Positions 53,276 through 63,648 of a stretch of DNA of 64,000 bases are shown piece after piece. The notes under the pieces were generated by a model that saw nothing but the letters and a program-made list of their open reading frames with translations, searched no databases and was not told where the DNA came from. The translations under genes and the position numbers were made by a program. The first letter of the stretch is position 1, and each line of letters begins with the position of its first letter. The DNA is from an uncultured Gammaproteobacteria bacterium (lineage in GTDB: Bacteria; Pseudomonadota; Gammaproteobacteria; CAWCPV01): positions 480,001 to 544,000 of the forward strand of contig CAWCPV010000004.1 of the NCBI GenBank assembly GCA_963797555.1, given 5' to 3'.

Positions 53276-54541
53276 GTGAGCGCGAAACGCTTGCCGCCGG
53301 TATTCGTCGGCCATGAGATCTACCGCCAGCCTGCCTACGGCAACAATCACCCGTTGGCAATTCCGCGCGTCGAGCGCGTCATCGACTTGTGTCACGCGCT
53401 CGGCTGGCTGCACCCGGAAGAATTCTGCCCGAGTCCATGCGCGAGCGCCTCCGAGCTCGCGCGCTTCCACACGCCCGAATACATCGCGGCGCTGCGTCGG
53501 GCGGCGCAGGAGGGCAAGGCCGACGCGCAGACGCGCGAACGCTTTGCCATCGGCACTCTGGAGAACCCGCTGTTTCCGGGACTGTTCGAGCGTGCGTCGA
53601 CCTGCGTCGGTGGCTCGATCCGTGCGGCGGAGCTGAGCCTCGAAGGCCGCATCGTTTTCCACCCGGCGGGCGGTACCCACCACGGCCGGCCGGATCGGGC
53701 GAGCGGTTTCTGCTACTTCAACGATCCCGCGCTTGCCATCCTCACGCTGCTCGATCGCAGCATCGAACGACTGCTTTACGTCGACTTGGACGCGCACCAT
53801 GCGGATGCGGTCCAGGATGCTTTCGCCGCGGAGGCGCGGGTGTGGACGATTTCCGTGCATGAGCAGGGCCGCTGGCCGTACACGGGGGCGGTAAGCGACA
53901 CCGCGGGTGGGCGCGCCTGCAATCTCCCCGTGCTTTCGGGGTTTCACGATCGAGAGCTGCGCTTTCTGCTCGATGAGGTGATTCTGCCCCTTGGGCAGTG
54001 GGCCGCGCCGCAGGTCGTCGTGCTCGTGTGCGGTGCGGATGCGCTGGCCGGCGATCCCCTGTCCTCGATGGCGCTGTCGAACGTTGCGCTGTGGTCCGCC
54101 GCGTCCGACATCGTGGCGCTCGCGCCGGCGGCTGTCGTGCTGGGCGGCGGGGGGTACAACCCGTGGACGGCTGCGCGCTACTGGACCGGGCTGTGGGGGA
54201 CCTTGTCCGGCCGAGAAATGCCGCCGACGTTGCCGCCGGCCGCGCGTGAGGTTTTCGCGGGACTGGAATGCGATCTGATCGATGCCGAGGACGTGTCGCC
54301 CCTCTGGTCGACGACGCTCGCCGACGCACCCAATGAAGCGTCGGTACGGCACGAGATCGAAGAGCTGCGCGATGAGGTGCTGCGCCTCACGGGTGCACGG
54401 TGCTGGTCGCCAACGCCAGGGGCCGCAGCGGAACCGGTGCTGGTTGCACCTTCGTCGTGCGCGGCACGACCACGGACGGCGGCAACCGGCATACGGTCCC
54501 CCGGACTGCGCGAACGTCCCCCAAACCGGGACTGGCCTTGA
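53276..54541 (+). CDS. acuC: AcuC/HDAC-family deacetylase
   Basis: HPLAIPR, GGTHHG..ASGFCYFND, DLDAHH, GADALAGDPLS, GGGGY. Confidence 0.88.
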   Translation: MSAKRLPPVFVGHEIYRQPAYGNNHPLAIPRVERVIDLCHALGWLHPEEFCPSPCASASELARFHTPEYIAALRRAAQEGKADAQTRERFAIGTLENPLFPGLFERASTCVGGSIRAAELSLEGRIVFHPAGGTHHGRPDRASGFCYFNDPALAILTLLDRSIERLLYVDLDAHHADAVQDAFAAEARVWTISVHEQGRWPYTGAVSDTAGGRACNLPVLSGFHDRELRFLLDEVILPLGQWAAPQVVVLVCGADALAGDPLSSMALSNVALWSAASDIVALAPAAVVLGGGGYNPWTAARYWTGLWGTLSGREMPPTLPPAAREVFAGLECDLIDAEDVSPLWSTTLADAPNEASVRHEIEELRDEVLRLTGARCWSPTPGAAAEPVLVAPSSCAARPRTAATGIRSPGLRERPPNRDWP

Positions 54542-54580
54542 CTGGTCCGCGCTATTCGGCGCTTAGGGACTGGCCTTGCG

Positions 54581-55240
54581 CTAGGCCGGATGCGGCTGAA
54601 TTTCCCACTTGCCGAAACGGATCAGCGCGAAGTGGCCAAGCGGAGGCATCGAGCGGCGCTCGATCAGATGCACTTCCTCAGTCCGCGCGGCCCAGCGGGC
54701 GAACCGCGCCCAAGGAAACTCGGAGCGCCATCCGAGCCGGCTCACCAGGGGCATGAGCCAGCGCTCGACGGTGCGCCTCGGCCCGGCTTCCGCGCCGACC
54801 CGGTTCAGGAGCACCAGCTCGCCGCCGGGCTTGAGCACGCGCGCGAATTCGTCGAGCGTCGCCTCCGGGTTCGGGACCGTGTTGATGACGTACTGCGCGA
54901 CGACGACGTTGAACGCGGCGTCGGGGAAGGCCAACCGCTCGGCGTCCATGACCGCGAGCCCCGCCACGTTGTGCAAATTCAGCCCGGCGACGCGCTCCTG
55001 CGCCTTGCGCAGCATCGCCAGAGACAGATCGACTGCGACGACGCTCGCCGCCTTCGCATAATGCGGTAGCGCAATGCCGGTCCCAACGCCCACGTCGAGG
55101 ATGCGCCCGCCGATCCGAGCGGCGGCGTCAATGGCCGCCTGCCGCCCGCGGTCGAAGAGTGAGCCGAAGACGAGGTCGTAGACCGGTGCCCATCGCTCGT
55201 AAATCTTGCTGACCGCCTCCCTGTCGAGCTCCGTTCCCAT
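54581..55240 (-). CDS. Phospholipid N-methyltransferase (PmtA-like)
   Basis: YERWAPVYDLVFG, ILDVGVGTG, VMDAE, EFARVLKPGG, PPLGHF. Confidence 0.85.
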   Translation of the reverse strand: MGTELDREAVSKIYERWAPVYDLVFGSLFDRGRQAAIDAAARIGGRILDVGVGTGIALPHYAKAASVVAVDLSLAMLRKAQERVAGLNLHNVAGLAVMDAERLAFPDAAFNVVVAQYVINTVPNPEATLDEFARVLKPGGELVLLNRVGAEAGPRRTVERWLMPLVSRLGWRSEFPWARFARWAARTEEVHLIERRSMPPLGHFALIRFGKWEIQPHPA

Positions 55241-55546
55241 TGATCTTCTTTTGCCGCTGGAACCCGCGGCCGGGCCGGCTGCCCGCTCCGGCGACACGAG
55301 TACGCAACTTTCATCCGATCGATCGCTCTTTGTCATGGTGATTTCACGAAATCGCCTCAAGTTCTAAACAGTTAGTTCGTACTTTGAGCATCGTACTTTA
55401 ACTCAGTACGGCGAAATAATACCAGAGCCTGACCGATGCGACTGTGAGTACAGGTGGAACGCGGTGTTTATCTCGAAGCGGCGCAAGAAGCGAATCTTCG
55501 GGAGGGCGGCCCACAGTCTTATGGCCCTGCGAGGTATGACATGACC

Positions 55547-55664
55547 CACGACTGGCGGTCTCGACTGTCATTCCGGCCGGGAAGCCGGAATCCAGGGATC
55601 ACGGACGGCATGCGCGGCCTCCGTGCGCCTGGATTCCGTACACTCCCTGCACGGAATGACGAGA
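55547..55664 (-). repeat. Palindromic repeat, inverted partner of 51526-51654
   Basis: CTGTCATTCCGGC..GCCGGAATCCAG..CTGGATTCCGTACAC..GGAATGACGAGA. Confidence 0.8.
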
Positions 55665-55679
55665 CGTGTGAAAACGCGT

Positions 55680-55731
55680 GCCTTCGAGGGGCTCACCGAA
55701 TAGGCCTCCGGCTTGCCGGAGGTCGTTCAAC
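55680..55731 (+). mobile_element. IS200-type end remnant
   Basis: GCCTTCGAGGGGC then CCTCCGGC-TT-GCCGGAGG hairpins. Confidence 0.5.
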
Positions 55732-55761
55732 TTGTGTGCAACCGGTGCCGAGGAGGGATTG

Positions 55762-55862
55762 ATGCGCGGGTTTCTTCGAGCTCTCGAAGTGCAGCGGTGG
55801 GACGACCACCGGTACACCACCACAGCTACATCAACCAGGCGCTGCACTTCGTGGTGAAGTAG
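55762..55862 (+). pseudogene. Truncated 5' fragment of a probable membrane protein gene
   Basis: SD GAGGAGG; MRGFLRALEVQRWDDHRY/HHSYINQALHFV then stop. Confidence 0.5.
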
Positions 55863-55969
55863 CATCTGCCCTGACTGGTCGCAAATTGTAGGCTCTTTCG
55901 GAAATTGTGTGGGTCGCGGTGCCGCAAGACAGTGCTGCTCGCCATCTGGGGGCTCTCGCCGCTCGCGCT

Positions 55970-56175
55970 CTATTTCGACCCGACCCTGACCGGCAGCTCG
56001 AGGCGCTTACCCGCCGCCAGGAGCCCGATGTCGAGCGTCGGGATCTTCTTCGCACCTTGGTTCGCTGCAATGGCCAGGTGAATCGTATCCCCACCGCGAA
56101 GCCCGGTCGCAAAGCCCTCGATGTAGTCTCTGGCCAAGCTGAAATCGGCCGCCGACTCCCTCAATGTGCTCAGGT
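55970..56175 (-). pseudogene. 3' fragment of a vapC paralog of 50621-51055
   Basis: DFSLARDYIEGFATGLRGGDTIHLAIAANQGAKKI versus DFSLARDYIEHFSTGLRGGDALHLAVAANHGAKKI. Confidence 0.82.
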
Positions 56176-56290
56176 GGTGTTGACTGGTCCGCACCTGAGG
56201 ACTACCCTTCCGCTGTCGCCAGCGACGGCTGGATTTCCTTCCAGGGCGGAGTCGTTTCAGCGATGGCATAAAAGCAGCCATTCAGCGCCG

Positions 56291-57967
56291 ATGGGAGCCA
56301 AGCCGGAAGTGAAACGTACTCGTCTCCCTCTAGTGGTCGTATCCGACGTGGGGGACGGGTTGGCCGGAAAGACGGGAATCGCATCGCGTCTGAGCTTCGC
56401 AACCCGAACGAGCGCCCTAGCCCTTGGCGCCGTGCTGGGCGGCTGCAGCATGGTTGGCCCCAATTTCGTGACCCCCAAATCCGATGTCGCCAAAGCCTGG
56501 GCGACGAAAGAGGCGGCGCGTATCAGCACCGCTCGCCCTGAAGACGCCGCCTGGTGGAAGACCTTTGGCGATCCGACGCTCAACCGCCTGATCGATCTCG
56601 CCTACAGGCAGAATCTGGGACTACAGCAGGCCGGCGTAAACGTCTTGCGGGCGCGGGCCCAACTGGGGGCGGCGATCGGCGAGGAGTATCCACAGCAGCA
56701 GCAGGGATTCGGACAGTATCAGTACCGCAACCGCGGCAGCGACGACTTCACCTCGCTTCCGATCGGCACCACGGATTTTTCGTACAGCACGCTGCGGTAC
56801 GGATTTACATCGAGCTGGGAAATCGATTTCTGGGGGAAATTCCGACGCGCTGTTGAATCGGCTGACGAAAATTTCCTGGCATCCATCAGCAATTACGATG
56901 CCGCGCTGGTCAGCCTGACGGCGACTGTCGCCACCACTTACGTCGCGATCCGCACCTTCGAGGCAAGGCTCGGAGTCGTACGCCAGAACGTCAAGGTCCA
57001 AGCACAGAATCTCAAAGTAGCCCAGGCGCGATACCAAAACGGCGAGACCGGCGAGCGTGACGTGACCCAGGCCAGCTCGCAACTGGCCGAGACGCAGGCG
57101 CAAATTCCGCCGCTCGAGGTGAGCCTGGCACAGAACAAGAATGCGCTTGCGGTGCTTTTAGGCATCACCCTTGCCCAGCTTGGCGCTGAGCTTACGGGGG
57201 ACCGGCCAATTCCCACTGCGCCCGGCAAAGTCGCGGCCGGAATCCCGCGCGATCTGTTGCGCCAGCGTCCGGACGTGAAACAGGCGGAGCAAGTGGCGGC
57301 GGCGGAATCGGCGCTGATCGGTGCCACGAAGGCCGACCTTTATCCCGCCTTTTCTCTCAGCGGCACCTTCGGATTCAGCTCATCCGACATCGCCAACCGC
57401 ACCCTGGGCGACGCATTCACGTGGAACGGCCGCGTGGCCAGCATCGGCCCGGCGTTCCAGTGGAATCTTTTCAATTACGGCCAGATCACCAATCAGGTCC
57501 GTGCCCAGGATGCCCAGTTCCAGGCCGCGGTTTTGGCTTATCAAAACACCGTGCTCGAAGCGCAGCGCGAAGTCGAAGACGCGCTGGTCGCCTTCGTCAA
57601 AGCGGGCGAGACGGTGCGCTATTTGGAACGTGCTGTTGCAGCCGCGAAACGCAGCGTCGAGCTTTCGGTCGCCCAATACAAGGAGGGTGCCACCGATTTC
57701 ACCACCGTGCTCACCGCGGAACAAAGCCTGTTGCGACAGCAGGACCAGCTGACCGTCGCGCGCGGCAACGTGCCGCAAAGCCTCATCTCGGTCTTCCAGG
57801 CGCTGGGCGGCGGCTGGCAGATCCGCGAAGGCCACGACTTCGTGCCGGACGACATCAAGGACGAGATGCGCAAACGTACCAACTGGGGAGATCTGCTCGA
57901 AGTCAAGACCCACGCTCCGCCGTCCGCGGAAGAGCGAAAAGCGCTCATCCGCCGGCCGGACTGGTAA
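56291..57967 (+). CDS. Efflux outer-membrane factor lipoprotein (OprM/NodT family); start uncertain
   Basis: LGGCSMVGP lipobox, WWKTFGDPTLN, SWEIDFWG, LLRQRPDV, ALGGGW. Confidence 0.92.
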   Translation: MGAKPEVKRTRLPLVVVSDVGDGLAGKTGIASRLSFATRTSALALGAVLGGCSMVGPNFVTPKSDVAKAWATKEAARISTARPEDAAWWKTFGDPTLNRLIDLAYRQNLGLQQAGVNVLRARAQLGAAIGEEYPQQQQGFGQYQYRNRGSDDFTSLPIGTTDFSYSTLRYGFTSSWEIDFWGKFRRAVESADENFLASISNYDAALVSLTATVATTYVAIRTFEARLGVVRQNVKVQAQNLKVAQARYQNGETGERDVTQASSQLAETQAQIPPLEVSLAQNKNALAVLLGITLAQLGAELTGDRPIPTAPGKVAAGIPRDLLRQRPDVKQAEQVAAAESALIGATKADLYPAFSLSGTFGFSSSDIANRTLGDAFTWNGRVASIGPAFQWNLFNYGQITNQVRAQDAQFQAAVLAYQNTVLEAQREVEDALVAFVKAGETVRYLERAVAAAKRSVELSVAQYKEGATDFTTVLTAEQSLLRQQDQLTVARGNVPQSLISVFQALGGGWQIREGHDFVPDDIKDEMRKRTNWGDLLEVKTHAPPSAEERKALIRRPDW

Positions 57968-57976
57968 CGCCGGCCC

Positions 57977-59194
57977 ATGAAGAGACCACTTTTTCCTGTT
58001 CCAAGCCGCCGCTTCGTCCCCCCGGGCACGCTCGCCGTTTTGCTGTCCCTTTCCGCCTGCGGCGAGGGCAATAAATATGAGCCGCCGCCGCCCCCGCCGG
58101 TCACGGTCGCCCATCCGGTCGTCGAGCCCGTGACCAATTTTCTGGACCTGACCGGATCCGCGAGCGCGGTGGCATCCGTCGATCTGGTGGCGCGGGTGCC
58201 CGGCTATCTCGAGTCTGTGAATTTCGAGGACGGCAGCGTGGTCAAGAAGGGCGACTTGCTGTTCGTGATCGAGCCGGCACCTTACGAAGCTAACGTCAAG
58301 TTGGCCGAGGCGACGTTGGCCGAACAACAGGCGCAACTGATACGCGCCAGCGCCGAATACGACCGCCAACTCCGTCTCGTGAAGCAAAGCGCCAGCTCTC
58401 AGGCCAATGTCGAGAAATGGCTGGCGGAGCGCAATTCCGCCGCCGCCGCCGTCGATCAGGCCAAAGCCAATATCGATATCGCCAAGATCAACTTGAGCTA
58501 CACGAAGGTCACAGCGCCTTTCACTGGCCGAATCGGCCGGCATCTGGTGGACGCCGGAAATCTGGTGGGCACGCCGTCACCCACCAAGCTCGCCACCATC
58601 GAACAGATCAAGCCTATCTATGTTTACTTCAACGTGGACGAGCAGACCGTGCTGCGCATCCGCACCATGATGCGGCAGCGCGGTCTCGGCCCGGCCGACT
58701 TGAAGAAGGTACCGGTCTACGTGGGCCTGCAAACCGACAACGGTTATCCGCACGAGGGGAAGCTGGATTTCGTCGCTACCGGCGTCGATACGTCTACCGG
58801 CACGCTACAAGTCCGCGCCGAGCTTCCCAATCCCGACCGGATTCTCCTTCCCGGCGTATTCGTCCGGGTGCGTGTCCCCGTGGGGCGGGATGAACACGCA
58901 CTTTTGGTGAGCAACCGTGCGCTGGGTGTCGATCAGACGGGCAGTTACGTGCTGGTCGTCAACGCCGACGTAGTGGAGCAACGCGCGGTCCAGATCGGCG
59001 CTTTGGTGGATGGTATGCGGGTCATCTCCAAGGGTCTGCAGCAGACCGATTGGGTAGTGGTCGAAGGTCTGCAGCGCGCGACGCCGGGAACGAAAGTCGT
59101 GGTAACCCGCGCGGGCCGGACGGCGGCAAATCGGCCGCCCGGCGGCGCGCCGGCTCCGGACGCGCCAAAGCCCGAGTCCGGCGCGGTGCAGTAG
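57977..59194 (+). CDS. RND membrane fusion protein
   Basis: LSAC lipobox, ARVPGYL..VKKGDLLFVI, APFTGRIG, TGTLQVRA. Confidence 0.93.
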   Translation: MKRPLFPVPSRRFVPPGTLAVLLSLSACGEGNKYEPPPPPPVTVAHPVVEPVTNFLDLTGSASAVASVDLVARVPGYLESVNFEDGSVVKKGDLLFVIEPAPYEANVKLAEATLAEQQAQLIRASAEYDRQLRLVKQSASSQANVEKWLAERNSAAAAVDQAKANIDIAKINLSYTKVTAPFTGRIGRHLVDAGNLVGTPSPTKLATIEQIKPIYVYFNVDEQTVLRIRTMMRQRGLGPADLKKVPVYVGLQTDNGYPHEGKLDFVATGVDTSTGTLQVRAELPNPDRILLPGVFVRVRVPVGRDEHALLVSNRALGVDQTGSYVLVVNADVVEQRAVQIGALVDGMRVISKGLQQTDWVVVEGLQRATPGTKVVVTRAGRTAANRPPGGAPAPDAPKPESGAVQ

Positions 59195-59204
59195 GACCAA
59201 GCCT

Positions 59205-62200
59205 GTGTTTTCTAAATTCTTTATCGAGCGTCCGGTCCTATCCAACGTCCTCGCCATCATCATCGTGCTGATCGGCGCGGTGGCGCTTTACCGTCTTCCA
59301 GTGTCGCAGTATCCGGAAATCACGCCGCCCATCGTCCAGGTGCAAACCCGCTATCCCGGCGCCAGCGCGCAGATCATCGCCGACACCGTCGCCAATCCCA
59401 TCGAAGAACGGGTGAACGGCGTCGAGGGCATGATCTACATGCAATCCACCAGCGCTGCAGACGGGACCTACACTCTCAATGTCACCTTCGACGTCGGTAC
59501 GGATCTCGATTTCGCCCAGACGTTGGTTCAAAACCGCGTGGCGCAGGCGCTGCCCCAGCTTCCGGATGCCGTCCAGACCCAGGGAGTGACTACGCGCAAG
59601 AAGTCGACGGCCATTTTGCAGATCATCACGCTGAGTTCTCCGAACGGACGTTACGACAGCCTCTTTCTGGCTAACTATGCAACCATCAATTTACGCGACG
59701 AGATCGCGCGGCTGCCCGGCGTCGGCGACGTCACCATCTTCGGAGCCGGGGAATACAGCATGCGGGTGTGGCTCGATCCCGACCAGCTCGCCGCTCGCAA
59801 GCTGACACCGGCCGACGTCGTCGACGCCATCCGCGGCCAGAACCAGCAGGTCGCGGCGGGCCAGGTGGGGGCGCCGCCCGCCCCGCCCAATCAGGACTTC
59901 CAGATCACCGTCGACGTGCCGGGCCGTCTCGTCGACCAGAAAGAATTCGGCGACATCATCGTGAAAACGGAGCAAGGTCCGGACACGCGCATCACCCGCG
60001 TGCGGGACGTGGCGCGTACGGAACTCGGGGCACAAACCTACAGCCAATTTTTCCGCCTCGACACGAAACAGGCGGCAGGCATCGCGGTGTTCCAGCTACC
60101 CGGCGCCAACGCGCTCGATGTCGCCCAGGAAGTCACCTCCAAGATGGCGGAGCTTTCCAAGAATTTTCCGCAAGGTCTCGAATACGGAGTTCCCTTCGAT
60201 ACCACCTTGTTCGTCAAGGCTTCGATCCACGAGGTCTACATAACGCTGGCCGAGGCGGCGATTCTGGTGCTCATCGTCATTCTGGCGTTCGTTCAGGATT
60301 GGCGCGCCATGCTGGTGCCAGCGACCACCGTTCCGGTCACCATCATCGGCGCCTTCGCGGCGATGGCCGCGCTGGGCTTTACCGTAAATCTCCTCACGCT
60401 CTTTGCCGTCGTGCTGGCTATCGGCATCGTCGTGGATGACGCCATCGTCATCGTGGAGGGCAGTTCCCACCATATCCAGCAAGGCAAAGCGCCCAAGGAA
60501 GCCGCCATTGCGGCGATGTCCGAGTTGTTCGGACCGATCATCGGCATCACTCTGGTTCTCATGTCGGTGTTTTTGCCCGCGGCGTTCTTGCCCGGTATCA
60601 CCGGCGAGATGTACCGTCAATTCGCCCTCGTCATCGCCGCGACGGCGCTCATCAGCGCCATCAATGCGATCACGCTGAAACCGACGCAGTGCGCGTTGTG
60701 GATGCGCCCTGCGCGTGCGGATACGAAGAAGAATTTCATTTACCGCGGCTTCAACGCGCTCTACGGCGCATTGGAGCGCGGTTACACCGGTCTAATCGGC
60801 CGCATGGTCCATCGTAGCGCCGCCATGACCCTGATCGCGTTGACCTTGGCCGCTATCGGGGTCTGGGGCTTGGTGCGGTTGCCCACCTCCTTCATCCCCA
60901 TCGAGGACCAGGGCTACGTGCTGGTGAGCGTCACGCTCCCGGACGGCGCTTCCCTGGAGCGCACGCGCAGCGTGGTGGCACAGGTCGAAGCCGCAGTGAT
61001 GAAGGTTCCCGGCGTCGAGCACGCCATCTCCATCGGGGGCATTTCGATTCTCGACAATTCAGCCACACTGGCCAATGCCGGCGTCACCTATGTGGTGTTG
61101 AAGCCCTGGGATGTCCGCGGCACCAAAGAGGGGTTGCGCCCTGTCCTGGAACATATCCAGGAGGCGGTTTCGGGTATTTCCGAGGCGGTCGCGTTCGTGA
61201 TCGTCCCGCCGCCGATCCAGGGCATCGGGAATTCCAGCGGCTTCCAGATGCAGGTCGAGCTGCGCGACAGCAGCAAGGACTACGTGAAACTACAGCGAGT
61301 GACGGAGGCGATCACCGCGGACGCGTCCACGCAATCCGGAATCCTGCGTGTCATCTCGACCTTCAGCGCCAACGTCCCGCAGATCATGGTCGAGGTGGAC
61401 CGTATCAAGGCACGTCAGCTCGGCGTCGACGTCAACGATGTGTTCAGCACCTTGCAGGGCTATCTGGGCTCGACCTATGTCAATCAATTCAACAAGTTCG
61501 GCCGAACCTTCCAAGTCTATGTCCAGGCCGACCGTCAATACCGGCTCGACCCCGCGGATGTCGGCCGCTTTTATGTGCGCAATGCGAGCGGCGGGATGGT
61601 CCCGCTCGGGACGCTCGCCGATGTCCGTTACGTGCCCGGGCCGTCGCTCATCGGCCTTTATAACCTTCATCCCAGCGCTGCCGTCATCGGCGCGCCCAAC
61701 CTCTTCTTCAGCTCCGGGCAAGCCATTTCACTTCTGGCCCAAATCGCCGACCGGAAGCTTCCGTCCGGCATGGGGTATGAGTGGACCGGGATGTCCTATC
61801 AGGAGAAGCTCGTGGGCAGCCAAGCCTATTTCATCTTCGCCATCGCGCTGGTACTCGTCTTTTTGGTGCTCGCTGGCCAATACGAGAATTGGCTGACCCC
61901 CTTCGCCGTCATTCTCGCCGTTCCCTTGGCGCTGTTGGGCACCGTCGGCGTGCTGACCGCAGTGCACGTCGCGAACAATATCTATATCCAAATCGGCATC
62001 GTGCTGTTGATTGCGCTCTCAAGCAAGAACGCCATCCTGATCGTCGAGTTCGCCCGCGATCTGCGCGAAAAGCAAGGCATGACTTTGGCGGAGGCGGCGA
62101 CCGAAGCGGCGCGTTTGCGCTTCCGCCCCATTCTCATGACGTCTTTCGCGTTCATCCTGGGCGTCTTGCCCCTCGTGCTCGCCACCGGCGCCGGCGCCTC

Positions 62201-62378
62201 GAGCCGCAAATCCATCGGGATCACGGTCTTCAGCGGCATGCTGGCGTCCACCTGCATCGCGGTGCTGTTCGCGCCGTCCTTCTTCGTCGTATGCCAGCGC
62301 ATCCATGAATGGCGCCAGCGGCACAAGAAAGGGACCGCGCCGGCTCGCAGTCCCGGCCTGCCGCCCAGCGCGGAATGA
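59205..62378 (+). CDS. RND efflux permease (HAE1/AcrB family)
   Basis: FFIERPV, LPVSQYPEI, GIVVDDAIV, KNAILIVEFA, RFRPILMTS. Confidence 0.95.
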   Translation: MFSKFFIERPVLSNVLAIIIVLIGAVALYRLPVSQYPEITPPIVQVQTRYPGASAQIIADTVANPIEERVNGVEGMIYMQSTSAADGTYTLNVTFDVGTDLDFAQTLVQNRVAQALPQLPDAVQTQGVTTRKKSTAILQIITLSSPNGRYDSLFLANYATINLRDEIARLPGVGDVTIFGAGEYSMRVWLDPDQLAARKLTPADVVDAIRGQNQQVAAGQVGAPPAPPNQDFQITVDVPGRLVDQKEFGDIIVKTEQGPDTRITRVRDVARTELGAQTYSQFFRLDTKQAAGIAVFQLPGANALDVAQEVTSKMAELSKNFPQGLEYGVPFDTTLFVKASIHEVYITLAEAAILVLIVILAFVQDWRAMLVPATTVPVTIIGAFAAMAALGFTVNLLTLFAVVLAIGIVVDDAIVIVEGSSHHIQQGKAPKEAAIAAMSELFGPIIGITLVLMSVFLPAAFLPGITGEMYRQFALVIAATALISAINAITLKPTQCALWMRPARADTKKNFIYRGFNALYGALERGYTGLIGRMVHRSAAMTLIALTLAAIGVWGLVRLPTSFIPIEDQGYVLVSVTLPDGASLERTRSVVAQVEAAVMKVPGVEHAISIGGISILDNSATLANAGVTYVVLKPWDVRGTKEGLRPVLEHIQEAVSGISEAVAFVIVPPPIQGIGNSSGFQMQVELRDSSKDYVKLQRVTEAITADASTQSGILRVISTFSANVPQIMVEVDRIKARQLGVDVNDVFSTLQGYLGSTYVNQFNKFGRTFQVYVQADRQYRLDPADVGRFYVRNASGGMVPLGTLADVRYVPGPSLIGLYNLHPSAAVIGAPNLFFSSGQAISLLAQIADRKLPSGMGYEWTGMSYQEKLVGSQAYFIFAIALVLVFLVLAGQYENWLTPFAVILAVPLALLGTVGVLTAVHVANNIYIQIGIVLLIALSSKNAILIVEFARDLREKQGMTLAEAATEAARLRFRPILMTSFAFILGVLPLVLATGAGASSRKSIGITVFSGMLASTCIAVLFAPSFFVVCQRIHEWRQRHKKGTAPARSPGLPPSAE

Positions 62379-62471
62379 TGCGAGGCATGAGGGCACGAAT
62401 AACGCCTATTTGCGCCAGCCCGACCGCGGTCCGGCTTCGCCCCTGTCGTCGCTCCTCTGGCGGAGGACTCA

Positions 62472-62686
62472 GAGCTTGTGAAGAAATCGTCGCGAGCGGC
62501 CCGAGAGCACGGCGTACGGAGCGCAGCGACGAGACATATCAAGTAGATAGGCGAGGAGCGACCGAATGGCAGGATGGCCATTCGGCACGTCCGCAGGACG
62601 CCCAAAAGGGGTGGCGTACAGGGGGTACGCCATGAACACCGCGCAACGCGGCTATCGGGACGCGCAGTAGATTTATTCACAGGCTC
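62472..62686. mobile_element. 215-bp full-length MITE with imperfect TIRs and TCA target duplication
   Basis: tca|GAGCTTGTGAAGAAATC ... GATTTATTCACAGGCTC|tca. Confidence 0.8.
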
Positions 62687-62811
62687 TCAGATCCAGAACG
62701 TGAGCACCAGGGGCAGCACCAGCACCGCGAGCAGGGTCGAGGATTCACCTGGCACCCGCACGCGCACGACTCACCCGCCGGACCCCCGTGGTCGCGCCGA
62801 AAGTGGCGCGG

Positions 62812-63037
62812 TCAGGCGGTATCCAGCTTCTTCTGGAGTTCTTCTTGGCGGACTCGGTATTCGCCTTCCAAGGCTTCGATATGTGCGAGCACGTTTTCCA
62901 AGGCTTCCTGCTTCGAATCGTCTTGCGCCTCCTCCACCCACTGTGCGAACTCTTCGTGCAATGTAAAGAGAAGATCCGAAAGCTCCCTTGACTTCGTGAA
63001 GCTCTCGTTCCAACTGGGAAATGCTATCGCTTGACAT
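62812..63037 (-). pseudogene. Small acidic coiled-coil protein, frameshift at about 62985
   Basis: MSSDSISQLERELHEVK / ELSDLLFTLHEEFAQWVEEAQDDSKQEALENVLAHIEALE.. Confidence 0.55.
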
Positions 63038-63648
63038 GCGAGATCCGTTCATATGCCGTTGTTTGTGAAAATCCCGGAATGCGACTTCGACACGCACTTG
63101 CCACAGCACGAATACTCTTGCCCCCGGCCGGCCGATGATAGCAGTAATCTGTGTGCATTCATACGGATCCGGCCAAGGCCGGAGAACCGACCCGGTACCG
63201 GCGAATGACCGAGCGGCATCGGTGCGTCGCCGCGAGTATGGCAAAGGACATGGGGCGATGGGAGGCGCAGGCAGATCGTTGTGCGACCCCGAGGCCGAGC
63301 GCCAGTCCGGGGCGGTGGGGTGGAGGACACATGACGCCAGTCGAGTCCACGGGCTGACTAGACCTGCCGTGCGGCGCTTGCTACGCTTGCGCTGAAAACA
63401 ATTCCAACGCCAATCGACCGTCTTCAGGATGAACGACGCGGCTAAAAGAATCCACGGGTTTGGTGGTCGGCCGGAATCGAGCCGAAATGGGAACCCGATG
63501 GACCGGGGCCGCTGCCCATCGGCGCTGGCCCCCGCCGGACCGGGTGGCCGGTGCATGCGCGTTCCGGCTCCGGGCGCGCCAGCTTCGCGCTACGTGCGGT
63601 GAGGATGGCTGCCTGCGCGCATTCCGGTCGGGAGGCTGGATACCCTAA

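Noticed and set aside
55907-56290. N-terminal extension of the outer-membrane factor ORF
   Set aside because: Overlaps the antisense vapC fragment; the lipobox implies a downstream start.
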